Source of the DNA: a virus | Length of the DNA stretch: 64,000 nt | Reading direction: 5' to 3' (one strand) | Virus record (IMG/VR): IMGVR_UViG_3300029957_000007 | Location: 1 to 64,000 of that record | Part shown: positions 27,019-37,082 of the stretch, in pieces | How the letters are laid out: every line of letters starts with the position of its first letter | How positions within the stretch are numbered: position 1 is the stretch's first letter | Notes under the pieces: generated by a model | The model's input: only the letters and a program-made list of their open reading frames with translations | What the model was told of the DNA's origin: nothing | The model's database searches: none | Program-made: the position numbers and the translations under genes

Positions 27019-27393
27019 ATGAATATGACGACTGGAACGATTTGCACTGAGATCGCAAAGACCAGCGGCTTCAGCCTCATCACCGTGGCTGAAGCGAAAC
27101 TGGAATCGGACACAACAAAGTTCTGGTGCGAGTTTTGTGCCAAACAGTTCGACTTCATAAAAGACGGTATGGAACAGGTTGTTGTGGAGCCGTTGATCGA
27201 TGAGCACTATCACAATCGCCATCCATCCTCCGCTATGCGATGCAAAAGGTGCAAGGCCAGGAATCGGCAAAAGACATTCAATGGTCGTAAGTTGATCGAT
27301 CCAGAGAAATACGGTCAGATGGATGAGACAGATTTAAAAGTCAACGTGATGCCCAAGAGAAAGGTGGTTGGACTCCATGGCTGGCATGACTGA
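27019..27393 (+). CDS. hypothetical Zn-binding protein
   Basis: CEFC...H...H, CKRC; GGAG SD. Confidence 0.65.
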   Translation: MNMTTGTICTEIAKTSGFSLITVAEAKLESDTTKFWCEFCAKQFDFIKDGMEQVVVEPLIDEHYHNRHPSSAMRCKRCKARNRQKTFNGRKLIDPEKYGQMDETDLKVNVMPKRKVVGLHGWHD

Positions 27394-27622
27394 GAAGATG
27401 AAGCAAGTGCAGATCAATCTGCGAATGGCAGACACGCATCACATTGATGTCGATGGTGTGAACTACCTCGCAACGATGTATCAGATCCAGCGACTGTGCA
27501 GCGGTATCACAGTAGAGCTTTGCAAGTCTTCAATCGCCAAACAAGAAGAGATGGTGAACGGTGAAGCATTCAAACGCATATGTTTCGACACTGGCACTGG
27601 CAAGTTCCATGTTGCCAAATAA
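27377..27622 (+). CDS. hypothetical protein
   Basis: ORF in operon; start uncertain (27377 or 27386). Confidence 0.6.
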   Translation: MAGMTEKMKQVQINLRMADTHHIDVDGVNYLATMYQIQRLCSGITVELCKSSIAKQEEMVNGEAFKRICFDTGTGKFHVAK

Positions 27623-27654
27623 CTTCGGTCCTCACTGTTTCTTCTCGGTGTTCA

Positions 27655-28212
27655 ATGTCTAAAGGCGCTGGCAAGCAATTCGAGTTTGAGATCAAGAACT
27701 TCCTTAAGTCGGCTGAAGACCAGCGCCTTCTGACTTTTGGTAAGAACGAAGCGCTTGGTGGACGCTTCAAACGCATCCCACAACTCCACCCGGACTTCTA
27801 TGTTTTTATTCATGAGACTGGTCAATTCTTTTACCTAGAAGCGAAGTCCACGCAAAACAAGAATTCCTTCCCATTCAAGAATATCAAGAAGCACCAGATC
27901 AGAGACCTACGTCGAACTGACAAGTCACCAAATGGCCACGGGTGGTTCATCATCAACTTCAGAAGTTCATGGCGAGTTCCACGTCGTGATAGGGTGAATG
28001 ACACGTTCATCATTCCGGTCAAGCGGTTTGTTGAGTACCGTGAAACGACTGGACGAAGTTCGATGACGAAGAATTATTGCGAACAGTTCGGCATCAAGAT
28101 CAAAATGGCGAAGATCAAGAAGTACAATGCCAAAACAGACAAGTGGTACACAGTCGATGGATGGGACCTTTCACCTCTGATGGAGAGCAAATGGACGACC
28201 AAAAAGAAGTAG
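27655..28212 (+). CDS. Holliday junction resolvase, RecU-like PD-(D/E)xK nuclease
   Basis: GKQFE...PDFY...YLEAKST...FPFKNIKKHQI...GWFIINF. Confidence 0.8.
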   Translation: MSKGAGKQFEFEIKNFLKSAEDQRLLTFGKNEALGGRFKRIPQLHPDFYVFIHETGQFFYLEAKSTQNKNSFPFKNIKKHQIRDLRRTDKSPNGHGWFIINFRSSWRVPRRDRVNDTFIIPVKRFVEYRETTGRSSMTKNYCEQFGIKIKMAKIKKYNAKTDKWYTVDGWDLSPLMESKWTTKKK

Positions 28213-28601
28213 CAGTGGAAGAAACGAAAAAGCAGGAATTGGAGATCGATCCTGCAGTGAAGGCCGTGAAGGAAATGACGGATTCTCGCTATTTGAAGGA
28301 TCCATTCAAGGATCGTGTGTGCCCATTGATCAATGGGGCGTGTCTAAAGGAAGGTTGCATGGCCTACACTTCGTCAGTCGTTGAGTGGGACGATACGAAG
28401 TTGGAAGATGCTGAAGGTGACGTTGATGGCGTGATGGTCACCAAAGCAACTGAGACGATCACTGGCGTGAGATACAAAGGTACAGTGCATCAATGCACGG
28501 CTGGGATCTTCGATCGTAAGGTCACTGACGTTGAGATCATCAAGGAAGAATCACATGAGATCACAGCTCCTTCTTCTATCATACTCACATCTCAAGGATA
28601 G
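28191..28601 (+). CDS. hypothetical protein
   Basis: CPLINGACLKEGC motif; ATG 28191 after GGAG. Confidence 0.65.
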   Translation: MDDQKEVAVEETKKQELEIDPAVKAVKEMTDSRYLKDPFKDRVCPLINGACLKEGCMAYTSSVVEWDDTKLEDAEGDVDGVMVTKATETITGVRYKGTVHQCTAGIFDRKVTDVEIIKEESHEITAPSSIILTSQG

Positions 28602-28604
28602 ACC

Positions 28605-28805
28605 ATGGGTGAGATCAGTGACTTCCTTCACAATGAGAAAGTCGCTAAGCTAGAGCCTAAGCTCAAGACGTTATGTGAGCGCATTGGCAGAGTGGATCAC
28701 ATGCATCATCAAAGACTGGTGACCATCAATGCCAAATTTAAGGCTGGCGAGCACTTGACCGACAAGGACGTAGATTTCATAACAAGGTTGTACGACACCA
28801 TTTGA
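28605..28805 (+). CDS. hypothetical protein
   Basis: 66-aa ORF, last gene before a non-coding gap. Confidence 0.6.
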   Translation: MGEISDFLHNEKVAKLEPKLKTLCERIGRVDHMHHQRLVTINAKFKAGEHLTDKDVDFITRLYDTI

Positions 28806-28882
28806 AAATGCGGAATCATTAAATCTTTTTTACCTTCATAGAGTAACCACCCCTGTAATGAAAATGAGCTGACTCTTGCAGA

Positions 28883-28935
28883 CCAGGCGGGAAGTGCCTG
28901 AGCCTCCGCCTGGCGTAGGAAAAACCGGATATAAT
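28883..28935 (+). promoter_or_regulatory. hairpin plus TATAAT box in the gap before the packaging module
   Basis: ccaggcgg / ccgcctgg 8-bp stem (28883-28913); TATAAT at 28930-28935; no clear -35. Confidence 0.35.
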
Positions 28936-29001
28936 CATCTTATCAGGAACAACAAAGGCCGCACTCAAACGCTTCACTAACAAACTTCAAGGAGGTCTCT
29001 C

Positions 29002-29679
29002 ATGCTGCAGCGCCATGCTGAAGCGACGCTAATGGAGTTGACTCACGGCTTGATGGACGCAAAGCCGATTCAGAGATCAGCTCAAAAGAAACGCATCATG
29101 AAGTCCGCTGCCAAGAGAGCTGGTTTCATCGAGGCAGGATCAGGGCTAATGATGAGTGTCGCCAATGAGAACCTCGGAACTAAGGATGGACAGTTCTGGG
29201 AAGTCAAAGGTGATGTTGATGGTCAGCCATATCTCGAGAGAATGAGCTACGACACTGACCTGAACGATGGTGACAAAGGTGAGGCCTTCGAGAAGAAGCA
29301 AGCCTCAGCTGCACCAGAGTCCTTCTCAACAAGTGCTGAGCTCTACGAGTGGTTCGAAGATCACGGTGGTCGTGTCAGTGGCATTGGTGAGAACCTCTAT
29401 CGAGCCGTTGATGATACTGGCAACGTGACTCAATACGAGGATCGTGATGGTGCCATGATGCGTGTTGGTGGCGACCAAGAGGAAGACATGCAACGTCGAG
29501 CCGACAGCGGTGAAGAGCCTCCGATGAAGACCCTTCCAGAGAGTGTTGAGCTCGATGTGAGCAACAAGTACAAGGAGCAAGGCAAGACTCGTGAGCTCTC
29601 ATTGTCAGAGCAAAGCGACGAGAACCTGGTCGATGAGAGCCTTGAGCGGAAAGGCTTGACTGGGCTGGAATTCGACTGA
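29002..29679 (+). CDS. probable virion/head-associated protein with basic-x-Ala linkers
   Basis: GGAGG SD; acidic modules separated by KSAAKRA, KKQAS, QRRAD. Confidence 0.7.
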   Translation: MLQRHAEATLMELTHGLMDAKPIQRSAQKKRIMKSAAKRAGFIEAGSGLMMSVANENLGTKDGQFWEVKGDVDGQPYLERMSYDTDLNDGDKGEAFEKKQASAAPESFSTSAELYEWFEDHGGRVSGIGENLYRAVDDTGNVTQYEDRDGAMMRVGGDQEEDMQRRADSGEEPPMKTLPESVELDVSNKYKEQGKTRELSLSEQSDENLVDESLERKGLTGLEFD

Positions 29680-29686
29680 GGAAGTC

Positions 29687-30547
29687 ATGCCATCTTTCGA
29701 CAGAGCCAAGCAACGTCTCAAGGAAGAAGAAAACGGTCCCAAACAATTAGATCTTCAAGATGATAAACTGAAAACGGTTGAACATCAACTGAAGAATCTT
29801 TTTGCTAGTGTCAAGAACCCTGGTAAACTTCGTGATTGGACAAAGGGTGACAACGGGATCGTTGGTACCAAATATGAGAAGATGCTTCAGGATCTGATCG
29901 CAAGAGGCTATCCATTGTACACGATCATCCGTGAGATGAAACGTGTCTATGGCAACAAAGATCTGTTCAGAGCTAGGAACATCCTCGGCTACATCAAATC
30001 CCAAGTTCTTAACAAAGCCGACAACTTGAAACTCATCGCACAGATGAGCAAGCACTACAAACTTGGTAGGACGGATGCTCACGAGCTCATTGAGAAAGAG
30101 GCTCTGTCCATTCGAAAGGAATTGACGGACGAAGAAGATCAGATCAAAAAAGACATCAACGAATTGTATGTGAGAAACGAGATCATCAAGAATGAGAACA
30201 AGGATTTCTTCTCACCTACAAATGAAGGACAGATCTCACGGAACCTCGAGATCATTGATGGCCTTCGCCAAAAGCTTCGTCTAATTCAAGCTCAGAAGCA
30301 AGGCTTCCTTGTTGATGCAGAAGAAATGCGATCAGAAATGCTTGAAAGGGTTGTTGGTATCTGCATCAAAGTGATGTTGCCAAAGATCAGCAAAGAGGAT
30401 CGAGAAGGAGTGAAGATCTCATTGAGGCAGGAATTGCAGCAGTGGGTGAACACGGAAACACGACTCAACAAACTTGAGCAATTCAAGAAGGACTTATCTT
30501 TACCTGGAAAACAATCGACGAAAGTCCTTGACGCAAGGAGGAAGTAA
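29687..30547 (+). CDS. hypothetical helical protein, possible terminase small subunit
   Basis: Position upstream of TerL only; no motif recognised. Confidence 0.45.
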   Translation: MPSFDRAKQRLKEEENGPKQLDLQDDKLKTVEHQLKNLFASVKNPGKLRDWTKGDNGIVGTKYEKMLQDLIARGYPLYTIIREMKRVYGNKDLFRARNILGYIKSQVLNKADNLKLIAQMSKHYKLGRTDAHELIEKEALSIRKELTDEEDQIKKDINELYVRNEIIKNENKDFFSPTNEGQISRNLEIIDGLRQKLRLIQAQKQGFLVDAEEMRSEMLERVVGICIKVMLPKISKEDREGVKISLRQELQQWVNTETRLNKLEQFKKDLSLPGKQSTKVLDARRK

Positions 30548-30780
30548 TGGACAACGAGAAGAAATTGCGTGACATCAAAACCGAAGTGGAAGTTGTTGAT
30601 GGATCAGTTTCCGTCAAAGGCTCCACCTTCCAGCAAGGTAAGAAGATGCAGGACGAAGGTGTTGAACCTCATGAAGTCTCCAAAAGTGTGATGACCACTT
30701 GTCGCAATGGCGCTTGTGGGATGGAGTTCATGAATGGCGTTGACCGCTGCCCGTATTGCGGGACCCGACACAAGAAATAG
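30547..30780 (+). CDS. small Zn-ribbon protein
   Basis: CRNGACG...CPYCG. Confidence 0.65.
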   Translation: MDNEKKLRDIKTEVEVVDGSVSVKGSTFQQGKKMQDEGVEPHEVSKSVMTTCRNGACGMEFMNGVDRCPYCGTRHKK

Positions 30781-30786
30781 GAGTTG

Positions 30787-32874
30787 ATGGTGAGCAAGCC
30801 ATTCTTCGACGTCGGAGAAATGATCGACAGACAAGAGAAACAAGTTGATGACCCATACCACGGCATTTGGGTAGACATTCCACTTTCCTTTGGCAAGTTC
30901 TGCAAGAGTTCCCGTCACATGAATTTCCCTCCATTATCAGAGAAGCAGTTGGATGCTGCTTATGTACTCTGCTATGGAGTGAAGTACAAGAAGTTCATGA
31001 CATGGCCTACTGACAAGCGTCGTCGTAGGATCTCACGGATGTGGAATAAAGACTACAACAAAGTCAGCTGTGCAGTTCTTGAATGGGGCAAAGGCAGTGG
31101 TAAGGATACGCTTGCTTCGATCATCATTTGTTACTTGGTCTACACATTGCTTATGTTGAGAGACCCACAAAGCTATTTCGAGATGCCGGCTGGTGAAGCT
31201 CTTGACATTATCAATGTGGCCTACTCTTCAGATCAAGCTCAGAAAGTGTTCTTTGAGAAGTTCAAGCAAAGAATTCTTCACTGGGAATGGTTGAGAGAAC
31301 TCTACTCAATTAAGCAATCTGGTAAGGTGGTCAGCGCTGTTGATGAGCCTGATGGAAACACAGTGAACATCGGTCTCAATGGCATCACCTTCCCAAAGTA
31401 CATTCGCACTTTCTCAAGACACTCAGAACAGGAATCTTCTGAAGGTCTCAATCTCATCGCTTGGGTCGCTGATGAGATTGCTGCTTTTTCTGATAAGACG
31501 AAAAAGCAGAATGGAAAGAAAATGTACAAAATGCTCCGCACCTCTGCTCATTCTCGTTTCCCAGGTGTATGGCGAGGCATGGCTATCAGTTATCCTCGTC
31601 ATGAGAATGATTGCATTGAATGGCTCTACAATTTGGGCCAAGGTAAGCAGAGCTTTTACTGCGACAAAGCTTCGACCTTTGAAGTCAATCCTACCAAGTT
31701 TGAAAAGGACTTTGAGGAGGAGAAGGAACTCGATCCAGAAGATTTCCTTCAGAAATACTACTGCATCCCGCCAAAGACGCTGGATGCCTTCTTCAAGTTC
31801 CCAGCAAGAATTCTTGAGTGCATTGATAAGGATCTCAAATCGATCGCAATGATCGAAGAGATCCTAATTGAGCATCAGGTAGTCGATGCTGCCACAAAGC
31901 AGCCTACCGGTGAGGTCAAACACTTCGTTGGCAATCAGATCGAGCGCTTCTTGCTAAAAGGCGACGATCTAAAGGTTCCACGAGTAGCTCACTTGGATGC
32001 TGGTCTTGTGCGAGATAGAGGCGCTTTGGTCGTTGCACATGGCGTTCCAGTCATATTGAAGATGTACGATGCTGAATCAAACGAAGTGAAGGATGTGGTT
32101 GTCAACCAGGTGGTTGAGGATCTCATCGTTACTTGGCAACCAGATAAAAAGCGAGATCTCCAAGTTTCAGTGAACAACATGGAGACGATGCTGACTGATC
32201 TGATCAAGCTTGGTCTTCGCATTAGACATGTCACATATGATCAGTGGAACAGTGCTTCAGCTATTGAATCGCTTGCAAAGAGCGGTGTCAAGGCTTCTCA
32301 ACACACGATCAACACTGATGATTACAAGCTACTTCGCAATCTTGTTTATGCTGGTGGTGTTAGATTACTCAACCATCCAGTACAACGCAAAGAGCTTGAG
32401 CAGTTGCAGTTGAAGAATGGAAAGAAGGTTGATCACCCTCCAGAAGAGGACGGTGGTTCAAAGGATATCTCTGACTGTTTAGCTGGTGTAACTCGCTTGC
32501 TGAATGACCCAGAGATCAGGCATGAGATCAGTAAGAAGATGCCAAGATCAACAATTGGTTCTTCTTTGATGGGATCTAAGCCAAGACCATTTGGACCAGA
32601 AATGGTTCCAGAACTTGGTGGCTCACATCCTTTGGCTGGTCATCCAGGTGTTGGTGTCAACACACGCATCACACCAACAAGAGAGATCGAATGGGAAGGA
32701 AAGAAAGTCGTCAGAGTCCTTGAAGATAGCTATGGACAAGGCATGAGGAAACGAATGCCTAGATCTTCAACTACTTCTGGGACTGGTTCTCTCACTGGTC
32801 ACGGTGGTAATCTAGGAAACAGAGCTCCATCGCCAGTAGAACTTGCTCAACGAATTCGAAGCTTTGACTCTTAG
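30787..32874 (+). CDS. terL: terminase large subunit
   Basis: Walker A WGKGSGKD, INVAYSSDQA, Walker B WVADE, ISYPR, nuclease HLDAG..RD, TYDQWNS, DHP...SKDISD. Confidence 0.9.
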   Translation: MVSKPFFDVGEMIDRQEKQVDDPYHGIWVDIPLSFGKFCKSSRHMNFPPLSEKQLDAAYVLCYGVKYKKFMTWPTDKRRRRISRMWNKDYNKVSCAVLEWGKGSGKDTLASIIICYLVYTLLMLRDPQSYFEMPAGEALDIINVAYSSDQAQKVFFEKFKQRILHWEWLRELYSIKQSGKVVSAVDEPDGNTVNIGLNGITFPKYIRTFSRHSEQESSEGLNLIAWVADEIAAFSDKTKKQNGKKMYKMLRTSAHSRFPGVWRGMAISYPRHENDCIEWLYNLGQGKQSFYCDKASTFEVNPTKFEKDFEEEKELDPEDFLQKYYCIPPKTLDAFFKFPARILECIDKDLKSIAMIEEILIEHQVVDAATKQPTGEVKHFVGNQIERFLLKGDDLKVPRVAHLDAGLVRDRGALVVAHGVPVILKMYDAESNEVKDVVVNQVVEDLIVTWQPDKKRDLQVSVNNMETMLTDLIKLGLRIRHVTYDQWNSASAIESLAKSGVKASQHTINTDDYKLLRNLVYAGGVRLLNHPVQRKELEQLQLKNGKKVDHPPEEDGGSKDISDCLAGVTRLLNDPEIRHEISKKMPRSTIGSSLMGSKPRPFGPEMVPELGGSHPLAGHPGVGVNTRITPTREIEWEGKKVVRVLEDSYGQGMRKRMPRSSTTSGTGSLTGHGGNLGNRAPSPVELAQRIRSFDS

Positions 32875-32883
32875 GAGAAGCCA

Positions 32884-33162
32884 ATGCCATTGGACACTGA
32901 ACCGGTATTGCAAAGTGAGAACATCACCAAAGATGAAGATCTGAACATGCACATCATCACACGGCCAACGGATCCAGAGAAGCTTGACAGTCAGCAAGCC
33001 TTGAACAATAAGGCCGCTCAATTGTCAGTTCTCGGTTTTCATACATCGTGGATCTATGATCCTGGTTTCTCTTCTGGGGTGAAAGGCTTAGTTGCCGAAA
33101 AGGTGATGGGTCCAGATCTCATGAAGCGATTGACCTTCTCTACAGAAAACAAAAAGGGGTAA
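32884..33162 (+). CDS. hypothetical protein
   Basis: AGGAG SD, 92 aa. Confidence 0.65.
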   Translation: MPLDTEPVLQSENITKDEDLNMHIITRPTDPEKLDSQQALNNKAAQLSVLGFHTSWIYDPGFSSGVKGLVAEKVMGPDLMKRLTFSTENKKG

Positions 33163-33165
33163 TCG

Positions 33166-33492
33166 ATGGCTGCTGCAAAGAAGATCTATGGTGCTGATGA
33201 TCGTCTTTTGTGTGTTGTGTGCAATGAAAACAACGCAACATCAGAGGACATTCCATACTGCATTCTCTGCAGCAGCAAATGCGATGGCTTGCTTTTTGCT
33301 CAAAACAAAGTCAGCAACATCGAAAATGGTGTTGCTGACTTGATTATGGGCTTCCAACAGAGAGGCTTGAACGAAATTGCTTTAGATTTCCAAAGAGCTT
33401 TAGAGTCCCTCGACATAGCAAAAAAGAAACTCGACAAGAATCCTTTACTTCGCCTCGAACAATTGAAGCGAGGAATGACTACGGAGCTTTGA
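33166..33492 (+). CDS. hypothetical protein with Zn finger
   Basis: CVVC...CILCSSKC. Confidence 0.65.
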   Translation: MAAAKKIYGADDRLLCVVCNENNATSEDIPYCILCSSKCDGLLFAQNKVSNIENGVADLIMGFQQRGLNEIALDFQRALESLDIAKKKLDKNPLLRLEQLKRGMTTEL

Positions 33493-33493
33493 C

Positions 33494-34033
33494 ATGATCT
33501 TCGCACAACGTAAGGGAGCTGACTATAAAGCTGAAGAGATCTTTCGTAAGATCAGGCTTGAAGAGAATATTGGAGCTCGAGACAAGAACGTTCGAAAGAG
33601 TGGCTTGATCTACAATGAAGATCCTTGGGGTAAGAAGAAGATCGTTACTCCAGACGACATTCGCAAACAAAAGATGAATCTGAATGGTCACCTCCTTAAA
33701 GATGGAGATTTCAGGCTTCGTTGTTCTGAATACCTAGCTGAAGTGTACGAGGAGTTTCTTCGCATGTATCAGTTAGCTTCTGAAATGGCGAAGTCAGGGA
33801 AGGTGATGAGAACAGCAACTGGTCGAGCTGTTACTGGCATCTCCTTCAACGATTGGATCTTTGAGAATAAGCTCACTTTGATGAGCAGAAAGAAAGAATT
33901 GAAGCGAGCATTTCAACACGGGAAGATCAGCAAAGAGATGTATGACTTCCATGAAGAGATCCGTAGAAAGAGCATTGAATACTGCGATAAATACATTTCT
34001 GCTGGCAAAGCCACGCAGATAACGATGGTTTGA
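33494..34033 (+). CDS. hypothetical protein
   Basis: 179-aa ORF. Confidence 0.7.
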   Translation: MIFAQRKGADYKAEEIFRKIRLEENIGARDKNVRKSGLIYNEDPWGKKKIVTPDDIRKQKMNLNGHLLKDGDFRLRCSEYLAEVYEEFLRMYQLASEMAKSGKVMRTATGRAVTGISFNDWIFENKLTLMSRKKELKRAFQHGKISKEMYDFHEEIRRKSIEYCDKYISAGKATQITMV

Positions 34034-34043
34034 GGAGAACATC

Positions 34044-34799
34044 ATGGCATCCGCGATTCCGAGAGATAGGCTTCGTAAAGAAGCGATGAATTTCATCCCG
34101 GCAACAAGCGTTGGTAAGATCAATCGCTATGCTGGTGGTGGACATGGTGGTGGAGCCAATGTTCATGCGGAAGAGATTCCGATGATGGATGCTGCACAAT
34201 TAGCGAGGATGGAAGAAGATCAGATCCTCGAAGGCATCGAGGAATTCGCGGATGGTGATCCAAGGCATGGCTCTACGCACTTCAAAGCTTATTTCCAGAA
34301 GAGCGCTAGAGAGAATCAGATGCCTACTGACATGATGGAAGCTCTTGCTGAGGAGCAAGAACCTACACTCACACAGCAAGATCGTGGTGAAGATCAAGAG
34401 AGAGATGGATATGGTGATCTCGACACGACTCAGCAAGGTGAGAGCCCAGCGTCAGGTCATCGACCAGTTGCTGCTGGAAAGCTGAACTTCAAACAGCGAG
34501 TGTACATCGCTTCACTTGATGTCCTTGGTTCTGTGTACGAGGACAATGGGAACACTGTGACTGTGAAGACAGTTCACGGCAAGTGGATCGATGTAAGCAA
34601 GAAAGATGTTGAAGTGATCAATGCTGGTATCAACGATGGTGGAACTGGCACACCCACATTATCTCCTCGTAAAGTCAATCAAGAGGATGGCGATGGGGAA
34701 GTGCGAGATGAAGACAATGGTCAAGATTCAATGTCGGCTTTCAGTGAGCGACGCGTAGAAAGCGGGACCTATGCGGACAGGCGAAGAGCACGCCGCTAA
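34044..34799 (+). CDS. probable head-associated modular acidic protein
   Basis: GAGGAG SD; acidic composition; SH3-like module near the C-terminus. Confidence 0.7.
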   Translation: MASAIPRDRLRKEAMNFIPATSVGKINRYAGGGHGGGANVHAEEIPMMDAAQLARMEEDQILEGIEEFADGDPRHGSTHFKAYFQKSARENQMPTDMMEALAEEQEPTLTQQDRGEDQERDGYGDLDTTQQGESPASGHRPVAAGKLNFKQRVYIASLDVLGSVYEDNGNTVTVKTVHGKWIDVSKKDVEVINAGINDGGTGTPTLSPRKVNQEDGDGEVRDEDNGQDSMSAFSERRVESGTYADRRRARR

Positions 34800-35661
34800 A
34801 CGTCGCCTAGCGTACATTGAGAATGAGTCATTAGCTCCAGACAATGATGATAGCTTTCTCTTTGAGCGCGATGTCGACAAAGTCGGACCAGAGAACATCG
34901 AGTTCGAAACACAATCGCAAGTTCCAGGCATCGACCAAGCACCCATCGAGAGAAAAGACAATCCCTTCAGGGAGCCTATTATGGGCAGTGAGAGAAACGC
35001 GTCAGAAGATGACGGTAGCTACAATGTCGGGGAGAAGCTCCTTGATGAAAAGACAGGTGAGATTTGGACTGTCAAAGAAGTGAATGGTGAGGATGAATGG
35101 CTTGATGCGACCTGTGGTGAGACAAAAGGTCAACCAAGAACACAGACATTCACCTTTGATCAGGCAGACAACATGCAGAGAACAGCATCAACAAGAGAAG
35201 CAAAGAAGGATTCGCTGGATCTTCTGAACGTGAAGAACAGAAAGGTGAAGCAACCTTTCGACACAGAAGAGAATCGTACCATGGTGGATCGCTCACCTGG
35301 TGATTCTCTTTTTGGCGATGATAAACAGACGCAAGGTCGCCACATCACGAACATGAAAGGTCCCGGTGGTCTCAAAACAGGAATGGTGAAGAAAGCTGAA
35401 TTGAACATTGGTGATGATGTACTCGTTGGTTCATCGACCTATAAGGTCGCTGAGATCAAGAGCAATGGCATCATCGCTCGTCATGCTTTCACTTCATCTG
35501 ATCATTTCTTCGACGCTCCTCAATTCAACAGAATTGCGGTGGCAGCTTTTGTACCGGGCGATGGCACGGTGCAAGAAGCCGAAGCACCGAAGTTGTTCTT
35601 TGAAGGCAGTGCTGAAGCTGGTCTATTTCCAATCGGTGGTGACGACACCATCCCAGAATGA
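34771..35661 (+). CDS. probable head-associated modular protein (SH3/KOW-like modules, QRTAS/KKAE linkers)
   Basis: YNVGEKLLDEKTGEIWTVKEV; LNIGDDVLVGSSTYKVAEI. Confidence 0.7.
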   Translation: MRTGEEHAAKRRLAYIENESLAPDNDDSFLFERDVDKVGPENIEFETQSQVPGIDQAPIERKDNPFREPIMGSERNASEDDGSYNVGEKLLDEKTGEIWTVKEVNGEDEWLDATCGETKGQPRTQTFTFDQADNMQRTASTREAKKDSLDLLNVKNRKVKQPFDTEENRTMVDRSPGDSLFGDDKQTQGRHITNMKGPGGLKTGMVKKAELNIGDDVLVGSSTYKVAEIKSNGIIARHAFTSSDHFFDAPQFNRIAVAAFVPGDGTVQEAEAPKLFFEGSAEAGLFPIGGDDTIPE

Positions 35662-35670
35662 GGTGTCGTC

Positions 35671-36183
35671 ATGTCGAAAGAAGAAGATCTGATCGCTGAA
35701 GCATTTTCTGGAGACATGGAATTCGTAGGACACAGCGAACCAAGACTTGTGCAATCTGAAAACGAAAAGCGAGTACGACTGATGACGGGGAAGAGCGAGC
35801 TAATTGATCTGGCCGCTCAGATGATTCAGACAAAAATGGCATCTCTTGCTGATGTCGTTTATGTCTATCAATATGTTCTGACGAGGATCTCGTCAAAGCA
35901 TGTTGCAGACAACGGAGCTATCCTTGACGGTGCTGTAGACTTCAGTATGACGCTTGGATCTTTCCGTTCACGGAGAAAGATGAGCATTTCGGTTTCTTTC
36001 CCTGTGATAGACGGTAAGCTAAGAGATACGAACCAGTTTTCGACATCAACTGGCGCCGCCCATCTCTTGACGAAAGAGGCAGTCAAGAAGTTTTTGGGCG
36101 TTAAAGAGTCAGACACTCAGATCATGAAAGCACGTGAAGGCTTCATGAGAACCATGCAGTGGTCTGCTAACTTTAACAACTGA
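35671..36183 (+). CDS. hypothetical protein
   Basis: GAGGTG SD, 170 aa. Confidence 0.7.
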   Translation: MSKEEDLIAEAFSGDMEFVGHSEPRLVQSENEKRVRLMTGKSELIDLAAQMIQTKMASLADVVYVYQYVLTRISSKHVADNGAILDGAVDFSMTLGSFRSRRKMSISVSFPVIDGKLRDTNQFSTSTGAAHLLTKEAVKKFLGVKESDTQIMKAREGFMRTMQWSANFNN

Positions 36184-36212
36184 GCCTCTCATCCTCGTAC
36201 TTTGGTGAGATC

Positions 36213-37073
36213 ATGTCGTATCCTCCGTACAGCGGCACTACCAGCAAGCAGTTCAATGATGCGCCAATCAAGGCTTCCAACAACGGTGCCAACCAGTTGG
36301 CTTACCAGAAGTCGTTGATCTACTCAACGCCTGGTCTCGTCACCAATGTGACTGGCGTTGTGTTGAATTTCACTGGTCTGACGCTTGCTCAGATTCCACA
36401 ACCAGGTGCAAACGCTCTGGTGTACACCGCTTCAGGCACATTGCTGTCATGGAATGGTGGAGCTGGTGTGAACGTCGGTGCTGGTGGCACATTCGTGTTG
36501 ACCGGCCAAGATGGTCGTGTGATCAATGCCGTGGTCACAGCTGGTTCGCTGCCATCAGGCAACCAGACTGATTCGATCGTGGTGAGCAGCCCGATCAACA
36601 TCGACGACAAGCGTGTGGTTTACGCTGAGGCTGGTTTCAACCGCATCATGCAGTCAGCGCCTTGGGTGGATGTGAACAACACCCATGCTGGAACCTTCGA
36701 TACGGTGATGTCGAATGTCAACACCAACAAGATCACAAAGCAGCCTTCGAACATCACTGGCGTCGTGTTGAGCAATGATGGCATCGCTCTTGGCAGTCAG
36801 CTGGTTGTGGGTTCACACAGCCTCGCTTACACTGCTTCTGGAACGCTGCTCGCTGTTGATGGTGGCACTGGCGTGAATGTTGGCGCTGGTGGCACCTTCA
36901 CTCTCACGGCTCCGAATGGTTCCACTGTCAAGGCGATCGTCACTGCCGCCAACCTTCCAGTTGGCAATCAGTCAGACAGCGCTTTGACTGTCACTGCCTT
37001 CCCAACTCAAGCCCTGGTCAAGACAGACACGAGCTTGCGCAACAGCTTGGCCGCTGTTTACAACGCCCTTTAA
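36213..37073 (+). CDS. probable structural protein with a duplicated ~70-aa beta-rich repeat
   Basis: Two copies of (N)xTGVVL...YTASGTLL..xGGxGVNVGAGGTFxLT...VTAxxLPxGNQxDS; C/G-ending codons typical of highly expressed genes here. Confidence 0.75.
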   Translation: MSYPPYSGTTSKQFNDAPIKASNNGANQLAYQKSLIYSTPGLVTNVTGVVLNFTGLTLAQIPQPGANALVYTASGTLLSWNGGAGVNVGAGGTFVLTGQDGRVINAVVTAGSLPSGNQTDSIVVSSPINIDDKRVVYAEAGFNRIMQSAPWVDVNNTHAGTFDTVMSNVNTNKITKQPSNITGVVLSNDGIALGSQLVVGSHSLAYTASGTLLAVDGGTGVNVGAGGTFTLTAPNGSTVKAIVTAANLPVGNQSDSALTVTAFPTQALVKTDTSLRNSLAAVYNAL

Positions 37074-37082
37074 GGATCACAC

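Noticed and set aside
13822-32874. Inteins or introns in dnaE, recA or terL
   Set aside because: Protein lengths are normal, core motifs are contiguous, and there are no LAGLIDADG, HNH or C-terminal HN splice motifs
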